From: an uncultured beta proteobacterium
GTDB lineage: Bacteria > Pseudomonadota > Gammaproteobacteria > Burkholderiales > Gallionellaceae
Direction: 5' to 3'
NCBI GenBank assembly: GCA_963715005.1
Contig: CAVQQO010000006.1
Location: 293,293 to 357,292 of the forward strand
Length of the DNA stretch: 64,000 nt
Shown here: piece after piece, positions 10,643 through 23,411 of the stretch
Position numbering within the stretch: position 1 is the stretch's first letter
How the letters are laid out: every line of letters starts with the position of its first letter
Made by a program: the position numbers and the translations under genes
The notes under the pieces: model-generated
Database searches by the model: none
The model's input: only the letters and a program-made list of their open reading frames with translations
Told to the model about the DNA's origin: nothing

Positions 10643-11800
10643 TCAGTCGGCCTGCTTGCGCAAGAACGACGGGATATCAAGTGTATCGACGCCGGATTGC
10701 TTCATCGCCTCGACCGCTTCGCGATGACGTCCGGTGCGGATCACTGCCGGCATATCCAGTTCGTTGTAGTTCACCATCGGCGCATCGTGTGTGCCGGTGC
10801 GCAGTTGCTTCTCATACGCCAGCACCGGCTTCGGCTGCTTGCGCGCCAACGGCGCGCCCAGACCCGTTGCCACGATGGTCACGCGCATCTCATCGCCCAT
10901 CGCTTCATCGAACACCGAACCGACGATCACGGTGGCTTCCTGTGCCGCGAACTGGAAGCAGTTCATCACTTCGTGCAGTTCTTCCAAAGTCAGGCTGCTG
11001 CTGGAAGTGATGTTGACCAGCACACCGCGCGCGCCGGACAGATCCACATCTTCCAGCAGCGGGCTGGCAATGGCTTGCTCGGCAGCACGTTGCGCACGGC
11101 CTTCGCCGGAAGCGGACGCCGCGCCCATCATCGCCATGCCGTTCTCGGACATCAGCGTACACACGTCGGCAAAGTCCACGTTCACCATGCCCGGCACATT
11201 GATCACTTCGGCGATACCTGCCACCGCGCCTTGCAGCACGCCGTTCGCCGCCTTGAACGCTTCCGGCAGCGTGGTTTTGCCGCCCAGCACCTCCATCAGC
11301 TTGGCGTTCGGCACGATGATCAGGGAATCGACATACGATGCCAGCTCCTCGATACCGCTTTGCGCCAGTGTCATGCGCTTGCCCTCGAACACGAACGGCT
11401 TGGTTACCACGGCCACCGTGAGGATGCCCAACTCCTTGGCCACTTGCGCCACGATGGGTGCCGCGCCTGTGCCTGTGCCGCCGCCCATGCCGGCTGTGAT
11501 GAACACCATGTTTGCGCCGCTGATGATCTCGGCGATGCGCTCGCGATCTTCCTCCGCTGCAGCTTGTCCGATCTCCGGCTTGGCGCCCGCGCCCAAGCCC
11601 TTGGTCAAGTTCGCGCCGATCTGCAACTGCACGCGCGCCTTGCTGCGACGCAGCGCCTGCGCATCGGTGTTGATCGCGATGAACTCGACGCCTTGCACTC
11701 CCTGGTCGATCATGTGGTCCACGGCGTTGCCGCCGCAACCCCCCACACCCACCACCTTGATCACTGCGCCTTGCGGCTGTGCATCCATCAGTTCGAACAT
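10643..11800 (-). CDS. ftsZ: Cell division protein FtsZ
   Basis: GGGTGTG tubulin signature; C-terminal DIPSFLRKQAD. Confidence 0.99.
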   Translation of the reverse strand: MFELMDAQPQGAVIKVVGVGGCGGNAVDHMIDQGVQGVEFIAINTDAQALRRSKARVQLQIGANLTKGLGAGAKPEIGQAAAEEDRERIAEIISGANMVFITAGMGGGTGTGAAPIVAQVAKELGILTVAVVTKPFVFEGKRMTLAQSGIEELASYVDSLIIVPNAKLMEVLGGKTTLPEAFKAANGVLQGAVAGIAEVINVPGMVNVDFADVCTLMSENGMAMMGAASASGEGRAQRAAEQAIASPLLEDVDLSGARGVLVNITSSSSLTLEELHEVMNCFQFAAQEATVIVGSVFDEAMGDEMRVTIVATGLGAPLARKQPKPVLAYEKQLRTGTHDAPMVNYNELDMPAVIRTGRHREAVEAMKQSGVDTLDIPSFLRKQAD

Positions 11801-11846
11801 AATTTTCTCCTTTTTCTAAAATGCAAAATAACTCTGAACCCGAATG

Positions 11847-13082
11847 CTAAAAATTGCGTTGAAACCAAGTCTTCATATTCGCCAACACGTCACCGAACGA
11901 CCCCGAATTCACCCGCGACACTTCATCCCGTTTATATTGCTCCAACCCGTATAACAACAGCCCAACGCCTGTTGCATAACGCGGCGTCTTCACCACATCC
12001 GACAAACCGCCGATGTTGCGCGGCACGCCCATGCGCACCGGCATATGGAATATCTCCTCGCCCAATTCGACCATGCCCTGCATGGCACTGCTGCCCCCGG
12101 TCAGCACAATGCCGGATGAGAGCAGATCTTCGAACCCGCTGCGGCGCAACTCCTGCTGCACCAGCGAATACAACTCTTCCACGCGCGGCTCGATCACCTC
12201 CGCCAGGGTATGCCGCGACAATGTGCGTGTGCTGCGCTCGCCCACACCGGGAACCTCTATCGGCGCATCGTTGGCCAACTGGCGCAGGGCGCAGCCGTAC
12301 TTGATCTTGATGTCCTCGGCATCCTTGGTCGGTGTGCGCAAGGCCATGGCGATGTCGTTGGTGATCTGGTCGCCCGCGATCGGGATCACTGCCGTGTGAC
12401 GGATAGCGCCGTTGGTAAAGATCGCCACATCGGTAGTGCCGCCGCCGATGTCCACCAGACACACGCCAAGCTCTTTCTCGTCCTCCGCCAGCACTGCTTT
12501 GCTCGACGCCAGCGGCTGCAGGATCATCTCGTTCACTTCCAGACCGCAACGATGGATGCATTTCAGGATGTTCTGCACTGCAGACACCGCGCCGGTGACG
12601 ATGTGAATCTCGACTTCCAGGCGCATGCCGCTCATGCCCAGCGGTTTCTTGATGCCTTCCTGCCCGTCGATGCTGAATTCCTGTTCGAGGATGTGCAGGA
12701 TCTGCTGGTCTCCCGGCAAGCTGATCGAGCTCGCCGTCTCCACCGCGCGCAGGATGTCGGTGTGCGCCACTTCCTTGTCCTTGATCTTGATCATGCCGTT
12801 GGCGTTGGAGCTCTTGATGTGGCTACCCGCGATGCCGGTGTAGACCTCGCGTATCTCGCAGTCCGCCATCAGTTCGGCTTCTTCCAGCGCGCGCTGGATA
12901 GCGCCGACGGTGGCGTCGATGTTCACCACCATGCCTTTCTTCATGCCGGAAGACTGGTGCATGCCCGCACCGATCACTTCCAGCGTGCCTTCCGGCCTGA
13001 TCTCGGCGACGATGCACGCGATCTTCGACGTGCCGATGTCCAGCCCCACGATCAGATTCTTGCTTTCCCTGTTCTTGCTCAT
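11847..13082 (-). CDS. ftsA: Cell division protein FtsA
   Basis: GLDIGTSK, DIGGGTTD, VLTGG. Confidence 0.98.
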   Translation of the reverse strand: MSKNRESKNLIVGLDIGTSKIACIVAEIRPEGTLEVIGAGMHQSSGMKKGMVVNIDATVGAIQRALEEAELMADCEIREVYTGIAGSHIKSSNANGMIKIKDKEVAHTDILRAVETASSISLPGDQQILHILEQEFSIDGQEGIKKPLGMSGMRLEVEIHIVTGAVSAVQNILKCIHRCGLEVNEMILQPLASSKAVLAEDEKELGVCLVDIGGGTTDVAIFTNGAIRHTAVIPIAGDQITNDIAMALRTPTKDAEDIKIKYGCALRQLANDAPIEVPGVGERSTRTLSRHTLAEVIEPRVEELYSLVQQELRRSGFEDLLSSGIVLTGGSSAMQGMVELGEEIFHMPVRMGVPRNIGGLSDVVKTPRYATGVGLLLYGLEQYKRDEVSRVNSGSFGDVLANMKTWFQRNF

Positions 13083-13103
13083 CGTTGCCCCCTTGCCACA
13101 CCT

Positions 13104-13808
13104 TCAAACATTGCCGCCCGGCCGATACGCCGCAAAGCCGTTGCGATAACGCAGATCCACATGCTTCGCCGGTCGTGCCAGTACCTCCAGACTGTACGGA
13201 TATACCGCCACGAACCGCGCCAAACGCTGCTGCATCTCCTCCCGCCCCAGCTCCAGAACCATGCCGTTATCCAATTTCACCTGCCACGCAAAACGCGGCG
13301 ACAGGCTGATCTGCGCGATCTGTTGCTGCATCGGTTGTAACGCAGCATTTAACTCGCTGTACATCTGCGCCACCTGCACCGAGGTATCCGCCTGACCGAT
13401 GAAGGCAGGCAGCACTTGTTCCGTCTTCCCCGCGAACACCTCACCGTGGGTATTCACCAGCGCCGTGCCGTTCCAGCTCGCCAGCGCGACCTGCTCTTCC
13501 ATTTCCACTTCCAGGCTCCACGGAAACTTGCGTCGCACGCTCACCTTGCGCACCCAAGGCAGCCGCTCGAATGCCTGCCGCGTACGTTCCAGATCGACCG
13601 TAAAGAAATTCCCGCTCACTTGTTCATGCACCACTTTTTCCAGCAACTCGGACGGAACGAGCTGCGGCGTAGCAGTCAGTTCCACCGCATGCAGCGGGAA
13701 CACCGGCAAACGCAGCACGTAGCGCACCACGCCGTACAGCACCAGCACCAGGCTGAGACCGAACAGCGTATTGGCAATACCGCGCAGCAGCGGTGCGTTA
13801 TCCCACAT
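13104..13808 (-). CDS. ftsQ: Cell division protein FtsQ
   Basis: TM plus POTRA ([14 protein letters not shown]), DLRYRNGFA. Confidence 0.95.
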   Translation of the reverse strand: MWDNAPLLRGIANTLFGLSLVLVLYGVVRYVLRLPVFPLHAVELTATPQLVPSELLEKVVHEQVSGNFFTVDLERTRQAFERLPWVRKVSVRRKFPWSLEVEMEEQVALASWNGTALVNTHGEVFAGKTEQVLPAFIGQADTSVQVAQMYSELNAALQPMQQQIAQISLSPRFAWQVKLDNGMVLELGREEMQQRLARFVAVYPYSLEVLARPAKHVDLRYRNGFAAYRPGGNV

Positions 13809-14709
13809 GTGCCCCCTCCAGTATCTGCACCACCAATTGCTCGAAACTGATACCTGCCTGTCGTGCCGCCATCGGCACCAGGCTGTGGTCGGTCATGCCC
13901 GGCGAAGTGTTGATCTCCAGCAGATACGGCTTGCCGTCGTCCCCGCGCAGAAAATCCACGCGTCCCCAGCCCTGGCCGCCGACAAGCTCGAACGCCTGCT
14001 GGGCCAAGCGTTGCATCTCCGCCTCATCTTCCGCACTCAAGCCGCAGGGACACAGGTAGCGCGTGTCGTCGCGCAGATATTTCGCTTCGTAGTCATAGAA
14101 CTCGTTGGCCGGCTCAATCTTGATCACCGGCAGTGCGCGATCGTTCAGTACCGCCACCGTGTATTCGCCGCCGCTCATGAAGCTCTCGGCGATCACCACC
14201 TTGTCGTGCTTGGCTGCTTCGGCGTAGGCGACAGGCAGTTCTTCCAGCGTCTTCACCTTGGTTACGCCGACGCTGCTGCCTTCGCTGGCCGGCTTCACGA
14301 ACAGCGGCAGATCGAGATGGTCGGCCACCGCGTTCCAGTCAGTCGGTGCGGTCAAGGCTTCGTATTCGGGGATCGGCAATCCGGCCGCCTGCCACACCAG
14401 CTTGGTGCGCCACTTGTCCATCGCGATGGCCGAGGCCATCACGCCGCTGCCGGTGTAGGGAATTCCCAGCAGTTCGAGTGCGCCCTGCACCGTACCATCC
14501 TCGCCATAACGTCCGTGCAGCGCGATGAACACGCGCTCGAACTTCTCTTTCTTGAGGTCGGATAGATCGCGCTGTGCCGGATCGAAGGCGTGTGCATCCA
14601 CCCCGCTCCGCTGCAGCGCGGCCAATACTGCTGCGCCGCTCTTCAACGATACCTCGCGTTCTGCCGACCGCCCGCCGAACAACACCGCCACTTTTCCAAA
14701 GTTTTTCAC
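13798..14709 (-). CDS. ddl: D-alanine--D-alanine ligase
   Basis: [28 protein letters not shown]. Confidence 0.98.
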   Translation of the reverse strand: MKNFGKVAVLFGGRSAEREVSLKSGAAVLAALQRSGVDAHAFDPAQRDLSDLKKEKFERVFIALHGRYGEDGTVQGALELLGIPYTGSGVMASAIAMDKWRTKLVWQAAGLPIPEYEALTAPTDWNAVADHLDLPLFVKPASEGSSVGVTKVKTLEELPVAYAEAAKHDKVVIAESFMSGGEYTVAVLNDRALPVIKIEPANEFYDYEAKYLRDDTRYLCPCGLSAEDEAEMQRLAQQAFELVGGQGWGRVDFLRGDDGKPYLLEINTSPGMTDHSLVPMAARQAGISFEQLVVQILEGAHVG

Positions 14710-14804
14710 TACGCCACCTCTTTCAAACTAATTGTCATGTCACATTCCGAGTTGTCGGTGGCTAGCGGCATTCCCCGCGCCATCGCCGTGCGCACTGTGG
14801 TCAT
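14709..14804 (-). CDS. Putative 31-aa bridging micro-ORF between murB and ddl
   Basis: ATG overlaps the murB stop (ATGA), preceded by GGGGAGG; TAG overlaps the ddl GTG; [31 protein letters not shown]. Confidence 0.35.
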   Translation of the reverse strand: MTTVRTAMARGMPLATDNSECDMTISLKEVA

Positions 14805-15715
14805 GCCGCCTCCCCAACAATTCTTACCTCGCACTGCAAGGCGACACCTGTGTTCCGTTGCACTACCGTTTGTACTTCTTCGATCAAGCTCTCAATGTCT
14901 GCCGCCGTCGCTCCGCCGACGTTGACGATGAAATTGGCATGCTTCTCCGACACCTGCGCACCGCCGATACGTTTTCCTTTCAATCCGCAACCTTCGATCA
15001 ACTTCGCCGCATGATTGCCTGGCGGATTACGAAACACCGATCCCGCGTTCGGCTGCTGCAGCGGCTGGCTGGCGCCGCGTTTCTCCATCAAAGCCTTGAT
15101 CTCCTGGCGCGCCGCTTCCACATCGCCTTGCTCGAACCGCAGCCATGCACCGACGAAGAACTCCTCGTTCGCCTCATGCAGCGCCACATGGCGATAGCCG
15201 ATCTCATATTCCTGCGGCGTGCGCTCCAGCAGCTCACCGCGACGCGTCAGCACTTGCACGCGTTGCACTTTCTGCCATGTCTCGCTGCCGTAGCAACCCG
15301 CGTTCATCGCCAACATCCCGCCCAAAGTGCCGGGAATGCCTACGAAGAATTCTGCACCGCAAAATTCGTTCGTTGCCGCAAAGCGTGCCAGCTTCGCACC
15401 CGGCACGCCGGCCTGAACATAGACGCACTCGCCATCCATATGCAGCTCGGTCAGCGCTCCCACCATCAGCAGCACGGTGCCTCGGAATCCGCCATCGCGC
15501 ACCAACAGGTTGCTGCCGAGCCCGACCGCAAGCAGCGGTTCAGCGGCAGGCGTTTGCCGCAGAAAATTCTGCAGATCGGCCAGATCGGCAGGTCGATACA
15601 TGCACCGCGCTGCACCGCCCGCACGCCAGCTCGTGTGGCGGCTCATGGGCTCGTCGTGAAGCATCTCTCCACGCAACCCCTCAGCACTGAACTGTGTCGG
15701 TTCGCTCATGTTCAT
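14801..15715 (-). CDS. murB: UDP-N-acetylenolpyruvoylglucosamine reductase
   Basis: GLGSNLL, GIPGTLGG..MNAG, GSVFRNP, SEKHANF. Confidence 0.97.
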   Translation of the reverse strand: MNMSEPTQFSAEGLRGEMLHDEPMSRHTSWRAGGAARCMYRPADLADLQNFLRQTPAAEPLLAVGLGSNLLVRDGGFRGTVLLMVGALTELHMDGECVYVQAGVPGAKLARFAATNEFCGAEFFVGIPGTLGGMLAMNAGCYGSETWQKVQRVQVLTRRGELLERTPQEYEIGYRHVALHEANEEFFVGAWLRFEQGDVEAARQEIKALMEKRGASQPLQQPNAGSVFRNPPGNHAAKLIEGCGLKGKRIGGAQVSEKHANFIVNVGGATAADIESLIEEVQTVVQRNTGVALQCEVRIVGEAA

Positions 15716-15725
15716 TTCATCTGCT

Positions 15726-17180
<1,455 letters not shown>

Positions 17181-17186
17181 ATTCGG

Positions 17187-18251
17187 TCACCCCGCCAGAG
17201 AGATACATATTTGCGCCACTTGCTGTGTCGCATCCGGTTTCGCCAGGCTGCGCGCGGCCTGCGCCATCACCAGCAGTTTTTCGCGGTTCAGTTCGCGCAG
17301 CAGTCGCGCCAGTTTTTCCGCATTCAATTCTTTTTGCGGCAGCAACACTGCCGCGCCCTGTTCGCTCAGGAAACGCGCGTTATGCGTCTGGTGATCGTCC
17401 ACCGCGAACGGGAACGGAATCAGCACACTGGCCGCGCCCGCCGCCGCCAGCTCGGCAATGGTCAGCGCACCCGCGCGGCAGATCACCACATCGGCCACTG
17501 CATACTGGTTCGCCATGTCGTCGAGGAAGGCGCGGATGTCGGCAGACACGCCGGCTTGCGTATACAACTTCTGCACCGTCTCGAAATGTCTCTTGCCCGT
17601 CTGGTGCAACACTTGCGGGCGCTCTTCTTCACTCATCATGGCGAGCGCTTGCGGCAAAGCTTCGTTCAACGCCTGCGCACCCAGACTGCCGCCCACCACC
17701 AGCACGTTCAGCTTTCCGCCGCGTCCTGCAAAACGCACCTGCGGTTCGGGCAGTGCAGCGATATCCGAGCGCACCGGGTTGCCGCACCACTGCGTGCCTT
17801 TCAGAACATCGGGGAAGCCGCTCAGCACGCGCGTGGAGAGTTTCGCCAGCAACTTGTTGCTCAGTCCCGCGATGGAGTTCTGTTCATGGATGACCAGCGG
17901 ACGACGCAGCAGTGCCGCCATCAGACCTCCCGGCATGGTGATGTAGCCGCCCATGCCCAGCACCACATCGGGGCGATGACGGAAGATCGCATCCGCACTC
18001 TGCCCCAAGGCGCGCAGCAGGGTGAACGGCAACGTCAGCAAGCGCAGCAAGCCTTTGCCGCGCACGCCGGAGAAGTTCACCCACGCCACCGGATAACCGT
18101 GCTTGGGCACCAGTTCGGCTTCCATGCTGTTGGGCGCACCCAGCCACACCACGTTCCAGCCTTGCGCACGCAAGGCATCGGCCACGGCCAATCCCGGATA
18201 GATGTGTCCGCCGGTGCCGCCCGCCATGATCAGAATGGTACGGTTACTCAT
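17187..18251 (-). CDS. murG: Lipid II GlcNAc transferase
   Basis: [22 protein letters not shown]. Confidence 0.98.
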   Translation of the reverse strand: MSNRTILIMAGGTGGHIYPGLAVADALRAQGWNVVWLGAPNSMEAELVPKHGYPVAWVNFSGVRGKGLLRLLTLPFTLLRALGQSADAIFRHRPDVVLGMGGYITMPGGLMAALLRRPLVIHEQNSIAGLSNKLLAKLSTRVLSGFPDVLKGTQWCGNPVRSDIAALPEPQVRFAGRGGKLNVLVVGGSLGAQALNEALPQALAMMSEEERPQVLHQTGKRHFETVQKLYTQAGVSADIRAFLDDMANQYAVADVVICRAGALTIAELAAAGAASVLIPFPFAVDDHQTHNARFLSEQGAAVLLPQKELNAEKLARLLRELNREKLLVMAQAARSLAKPDATQQVAQICISLAG

Positions 18252-19411
18252 ATCGGAAGCCCCCGTGCAACACGTCTGTTCTCGTAGTCGATCCTGAGCA
18301 ACACCGCGATCGCCACGCAGTTCACCACCACGCCGCTACCGCCGAAACTCAGGAACGGCAAGGTCAGCCCCTTGGTCGGCAGCACCCCCATGTTCACGCC
18401 GATATTGATCATCGCCTGCACGCCCAGCCACACCGCGATACCTTGCGCCACCAGCGCGGCGAACAGGCGGTCAGACATCGCCGCCTGACGGCCGATGGCA
18501 AAGGCGCGCACGATGAGCCAGCCGAACAGCAGGATGACGGCACACACGCCGAACAAGCCCAGCTCTTCCGCGATCACCGCCAGCAGGAAGTCGGTATGCG
18601 CCTCCGGCAGGTAGAACAGCTTTTCCACGCTGCCGCCGAGTCCGACACCCAGCCATTCGCCGCGGCCGAAGGCGATCAGCGCGTGGCTCAATTGATAACC
18701 TTTGCCATACGGATCGGACCACGGATCCATGAAGCCGATGACGCGCTGCATGCGATACGGCGACGACAGGATCAGGGCGGCAAACGCCAGCGGCAGCAGC
18801 AGCAGCAATCCGCCGAATATCTTGAGATTGAAGCCACCTAGCCACAGCGTGCCCATCGCGATGGCACAGATCACCACGAACGCCCCCATATCCGGCTCCA
18901 ACAGCAGCAGCGCGCCAACCAGGGCCATCACGCCGAACATCGGCAGGAACGGTTGCAGCAAGTGATCTTTCACCGCGCCTTTGCGCACGGCGTAATCTGC
19001 TGCGTACAGCACCGCGAACAGTTTCATCAGTTCCGACGGCTGCAGATTGACGATGAACAGCGGGAGCCAGCGACGGCTGCCGTTGACGGCTTTGCCGACG
19101 CCCGGAATCAAAACCAGCAGCAGCAACACAACGCCGATCAGGAACAGATGCGGCGCGTATTTTTGCCACATCTGCGTCGGAATCTGGAATGCGATCACGC
19201 CCGCGACCACCCCGGTCAGAATGAAGATGCCATGGCGCACCAGGTAATACGTCAGTTGGTAATTGGTGTACTTGCCCGCTTCCGCAGTCGCGATCGATGC
19301 CGAGTAGACCATCACCAGGCCGATGGCCAGCAATGCGGTGACGATCCAGGTCAACACGCTGTCGTATTCCGCCACGGTGCGGCGCGGTGCGTTCAAGGCT
19401 GCGCTGAACAT
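18248..19411 (-). CDS. ftsW: Peptidoglycan glycosyltransferase FtsW
   Basis: [29 protein letters not shown]. Confidence 0.98.
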   Translation of the reverse strand: MFSAALNAPRRTVAEYDSVLTWIVTALLAIGLVMVYSASIATAEAGKYTNYQLTYYLVRHGIFILTGVVAGVIAFQIPTQMWQKYAPHLFLIGVVLLLLVLIPGVGKAVNGSRRWLPLFIVNLQPSELMKLFAVLYAADYAVRKGAVKDHLLQPFLPMFGVMALVGALLLLEPDMGAFVVICAIAMGTLWLGGFNLKIFGGLLLLLPLAFAALILSSPYRMQRVIGFMDPWSDPYGKGYQLSHALIAFGRGEWLGVGLGGSVEKLFYLPEAHTDFLLAVIAEELGLFGVCAVILLFGWLIVRAFAIGRQAAMSDRLFAALVAQGIAVWLGVQAMINIGVNMGVLPTKGLTLPFLSFGGSGVVVNCVAIAVLLRIDYENRRVARGLPI

Positions 19412-20792
19412 GCCGCCTCCATTTCAATTTTTTTCACCGCCGCGATGAACACCTCGGCACGATGCAAATAGTTGCGGTACATATCGAAGCTGGCGCAAGC
19501 GGGCGACATCAGCACCGCATCGCCAGCTTGTGCATTCGCAGTGGCAATGCGCACCGCATCATCCATGTCGTGCGCCTGCAATATGGGCTTGCCGCAACCG
19601 GCGATCGCTTTCTCGATCAGTGGTGCATCGCGTCCGATCAATACTGCGGCGCGTGCATGCTTTGCGATTGCCTCTTTCAGCGGCGAGAAGTCCTGCCCCT
19701 TGCCGTCGCCGCCGAGGATGACCACGGCCGGCTTGCCCAAGCCCTTCAGCGCCGCTTCGGTCGCACCGACGTTGGTGCCTTTGGAGTCGTCGTAATAAGT
19801 TACGCCCGCGATCTCCGCGACTTTTTCCACGCGATGCGGCAGGCCTTTGAAAACACGCAATGCATTCAGCAACGGGGCGAGCGGCAATGCCGAGCGCGCG
19901 GCACAGCGCCAGCGCGGCCAGCGCATTCGCCACGTTGTGCAGACCACTCACCTGCAACTCGTCGGCACGCATGATCTTCTGCGCGCCCTGCATCAGCCAG
20001 GTCACAGCACCATCGCGCGTGATACCCCACTCGTTGTCGCTCGCCAGCGGATTCAGTCCAAAGCTGGCCTGTCTGCGTCCGGCGATCTTCATCGCGGCAC
20101 TGCGTTCATCGTCGCGGTTCAGCACCTGCACGCCGTGGCCCTGGAAGATGCGCGCCTTGGCCGCAGCGTAGGCATCCATGCTGCCCGCATAACGGTCGAG
20201 ATGATCCTCCGTCACATTGAGCACGACTGCCGCATCGGCATCCAGCGTGTAGGTGGTTTCGAGCTGAAAGCTGGAGAGTTCCAGCACCCACACTTGCGGT
20301 TGCCGATCGCGTTCGCGCAATGCATCCAGCACTGCAGGAGAAATGTTGCCCGCCACCTGCGTATCCAGACCCGCCGCCGCGCACATCGCACCGACCATGC
20401 TGGTGACGGTGGTCTTGCCGTTGGCGCCGGTGATGGCGATGACCTTCGTGTTGCGGCGATAATCATTGGTCGCCAGTTGCTGCGCCAACAGCTCGATGTC
20501 GCCTTCGACTGGAATGCCGCGCGCGATGGCGCGCTGCACAAACGGCTCGGCCAGCGGCACGCCGGGGCTGATGGCGATGCGGTCGATACCTTGCAGCAAT
20601 TCGTCCGCGAATGCGCCGCAATGCACGTCGGCCTGCGGCAACTCGCTGCGCAAGGTGTGCGATGCCGGGTGGCTCGGCACGGCTGTCGGCCACGCGCAAG
20701 CGCGCGCCCTGCGCGCTCAGGTAGCGCGCAAGCGACAGCCCGGTCTCACCGAGACCGAGCACCAACACCGATTTGTCACGCAGTGATGTCAT
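19393..20792 (-). CDS. murD: UDP-MurNAc-L-Ala--D-Glu ligase (apparent frameshifts near 20655 and 19888)
   Basis: [38 protein letters not shown] across three frames. Confidence 0.96.
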
Positions 20793-20795
20793 CTC

Positions 20796-21013
20796 AAGTT
20801 TCAACGTTGCCAATCCGATCAATACCAGCAGCATGGTGATGATCCAGAACCTCACGTTAGCGTTTGGTGTCGCCATAACATTCGCTACGCTCATGTGAGT
20901 CTCCCCCAACGTTAACGTGGCGCGCTTCTTCATCGTCATTTCCACTCTCATCGCAGTTTGAGAGTTGCCAGTCCTATCAAGACCAGCAACATCGTTATGA
21001 TCCAGAAGCGCAC
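20796..21013 (-). repeat. Diverged direct repeat of the last 20 mraY codons (20954-21013 and 20796-20855)
   Basis: Both copies encode [20 protein letters not shown]; 12 of 60 nt differ, all synonymous. Confidence 0.95.
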
Positions 21014-22051
21014 TACGACTTGCGTTTCTTTCCAGCCCTTCTGCTCGAAATGATGGTGCAGCGGCGCCATCAGCAGGATGCGTTTGCCGGTGCCGTATTT
21101 CTTCTTGGTGTACTTGAACCAGGACACCTGCAGCATCACCGACACCGCTTCCACCACGAACACGCCGCCCATGATGAACAGCACCAGTTCCTGGCGGATG
21201 ATGACCGCCACCGTTCCCAGTGCCGCCCCCAGCGACAGCGCACCGACGTCGCCCATGAACACTTCCGCCGGATAGGCGTTGAACCACAGGAAGGCCAGGC
21301 CGGCGCCGGCGATGGCCGCGCAGAACACCGCCAACTCACCCGCACCGGGAATAGATGGTTCGCCCAGATATTTGGAGAACTCGGCGTGCCCTGCGACATA
21401 GGCGAAGATCGCCAGCGCGCTCGCCACCATCACCGTCGGCATGATGGCCAAACCATCCAGACCGTCGGTCAGGTTCACGGCGTTGCTGCTGCCGACGATG
21501 ACCAGATAGACCAGCACGATGAAGCCGACCATGCCGAGCGGGAACACCAGATGCTTGAAGAACGGCACGATCACTTCGGTATGTGCCGGCAGTGTGGCGT
21601 GCGACCACAGGAAGATGCCGACCGCCAGCGCGATGAGCGATTGCCAGAACATCTTGGCGCGCGCCGACAAGCCATCAGGATTGCGATGCACCACCTTGCG
21701 GTAGTCATCCACCCAGCCGATGGCACCGACGCCCAGCGTAGTCAGCAGCACTACCCAAACGTAGGCGTTGTGCAGGTCGCCCCACAGCAAGGTGGTGATG
21801 GCGACCGACATCAGGATCAGCGCACCACCCATGGTCGGCGTGCCCGCCTTCACCAGATGGGTCTGCGGCCCATCGGTGCGCACCGATTGGCCGATCTTCA
21901 TCGCGGTCAGCTTGCGTATCATCCACGGCCCCAGCATGAAGGAGATGAACAACGCGGTCATCGCTGCCAGCACTGCGCGCAAGGTGATGTAATTGAAGAC
22001 GCTGAACGTGCGCACGTCCTGTGCCAACCATTGGGCTAATGCGAGCAGCAT
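20948..22051 (-). CDS. mraY: Phospho-MurNAc-pentapeptide transferase
   Basis: [33 protein letters not shown]. Confidence 0.98.
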   Translation of the reverse strand: MLLALAQWLAQDVRTFSVFNYITLRAVLAAMTALFISFMLGPWMIRKLTAMKIGQSVRTDGPQTHLVKAGTPTMGGALILMSVAITTLLWGDLHNAYVWVVLLTTLGVGAIGWVDDYRKVVHRNPDGLSARAKMFWQSLIALAVGIFLWSHATLPAHTEVIVPFFKHLVFPLGMVGFIVLVYLVIVGSSNAVNLTDGLDGLAIMPTVMVASALAIFAYVAGHAEFSKYLGEPSIPGAGELAVFCAAIAGAGLAFLWFNAYPAEVFMGDVGALSLGAALGTVAVIIRQELVLFIMGGVFVVEAVSVMLQVSWFKYTKKKYGTGKRILLMAPLHHHFEQKGWKETQVVVRFWIITMLLVLIGLATLKLR

Positions 22052-22064
22052 GCTTCCTCCTGTC

Positions 22065-23411
22065 CTACGCAATGTGCACGACTCGTTCCATCTTCATAAA
22101 ACGCGACCCCTTCACCAGCACGGTGGTCTGCGCATCCAGCTCTTTGTCCAGTACCGCCTGCAACGCCTCGATGTCGGTGAAGTGCTGTGCGCCGGCACCG
22201 AATTCGCGCACCGCTTCCGCACTCAACGCACCCAGCGCGAGCAGGCACTCGATGCCAAGCTCGCGTGCAGCGACGCCGATCTCGCGATGGAACTGCGCCG
22301 CATCTTCACCCAGCTCGCCCATATCGCCCAACACGAAGATGCGTTTGCCGCCCGCTTGCGCCAGCACTTCCAGCGCTGCGTGCATGGAGGCCGGATTGGC
22401 GTTGTAGGTGTCGTCGATCAATGTCGCACCATGCAATGCCTGCTTGCGTTGCAAACGACCCGCCACGCCGCCGAAGCCTTCCAGCCCTTTTACGATGGTG
22501 GTCAGCGGCACTTGCAAAGCGAGCGCGGCCGTTGCTGCCGCCAAGGCATTGCGCGCGTTGTGTTCGCCCGGCACCTGCAATGCGAGTCGCAATTCGCCTG
22601 CTGGCGTGCGCACGTGCAACGCACCGCCGTAACCTTGTGCCGCCCATTCGCCTTTTACTGCCGCCGGATGTTCCAGCGCAAAATCGAACAGGCGATGTTT
22701 GCCTGCCAGAGTGCGCCACAACGCGGCATGCGCATCGTCGGCATTGATGACAGCGGTACCGTCGCTCTTCAATCCCGCGAATATCTCGCCCTTGGCGCGC
22801 GCCACGCCTTCCACCGAGCCCAGACCTTGCAGGTGGGCGCCGGTCGCGTTGTTGACCAGCGCCACGTCGGGCTGCGCGATGCGCGTGAGGTAGTCGATCT
22901 CGTTCGGATGGTTCATGCCCATCTCGATCACGCGCGTAGCGATGTGTCGCGCGCAGCTTGAGCAGAGTGAGCGGCATGCCGATGTCGTTGTTGAAGTTGC
23001 CCTTGGTGGCGAGCACGCCTTCCTCGTTGCCAGTGGCGGCACGCAGGATCGCTGCCAGCATCTCTTTCACCGTGGTCTTGCCGTTGCTGCCGGTGATGGC
23101 GACGAGCGGGATGTCGAACTGTTTGCGCCAATGCGCGGCGAGCTCCCCCAGAGCAAGGCGCGTATCCGACACGCGCAGCAATGGACACGGCGCGTTGTCG
23201 ATGATGGCATCCGCGTTCACTATCGCTGCGACCGCACCCGCTTGGGCGGCTTGTGCCACGAATTTGCACCGTCGAAGTTCTCGCCCTTGAGCGCGATGAA
23301 CAGGTCACCCGGCTGGATGGTGCGGGTGTCGGTAGAGACGGCAGTGAAGCGTACGTCCGCACCCTCGATGTGCGCGTGCAGCGCATGCGCGGCTTGCGAG
23401 AGCAGCATCAT
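22065..23411 (-). CDS. murF: UDP-MurNAc-tripeptide--D-Ala-D-Ala ligase (apparent frameshifts near 23262 and 22933)
   Basis: [42 protein letters not shown]. Confidence 0.96.

Noticed and set aside
20856-20947. Integron attC site in the mraY-murD spacer (GTTAGCG, CATAAC, GTTAAC)
   Set aside because: Core and inverse-core order and internal palindrome do not fit attC; no intI in the window
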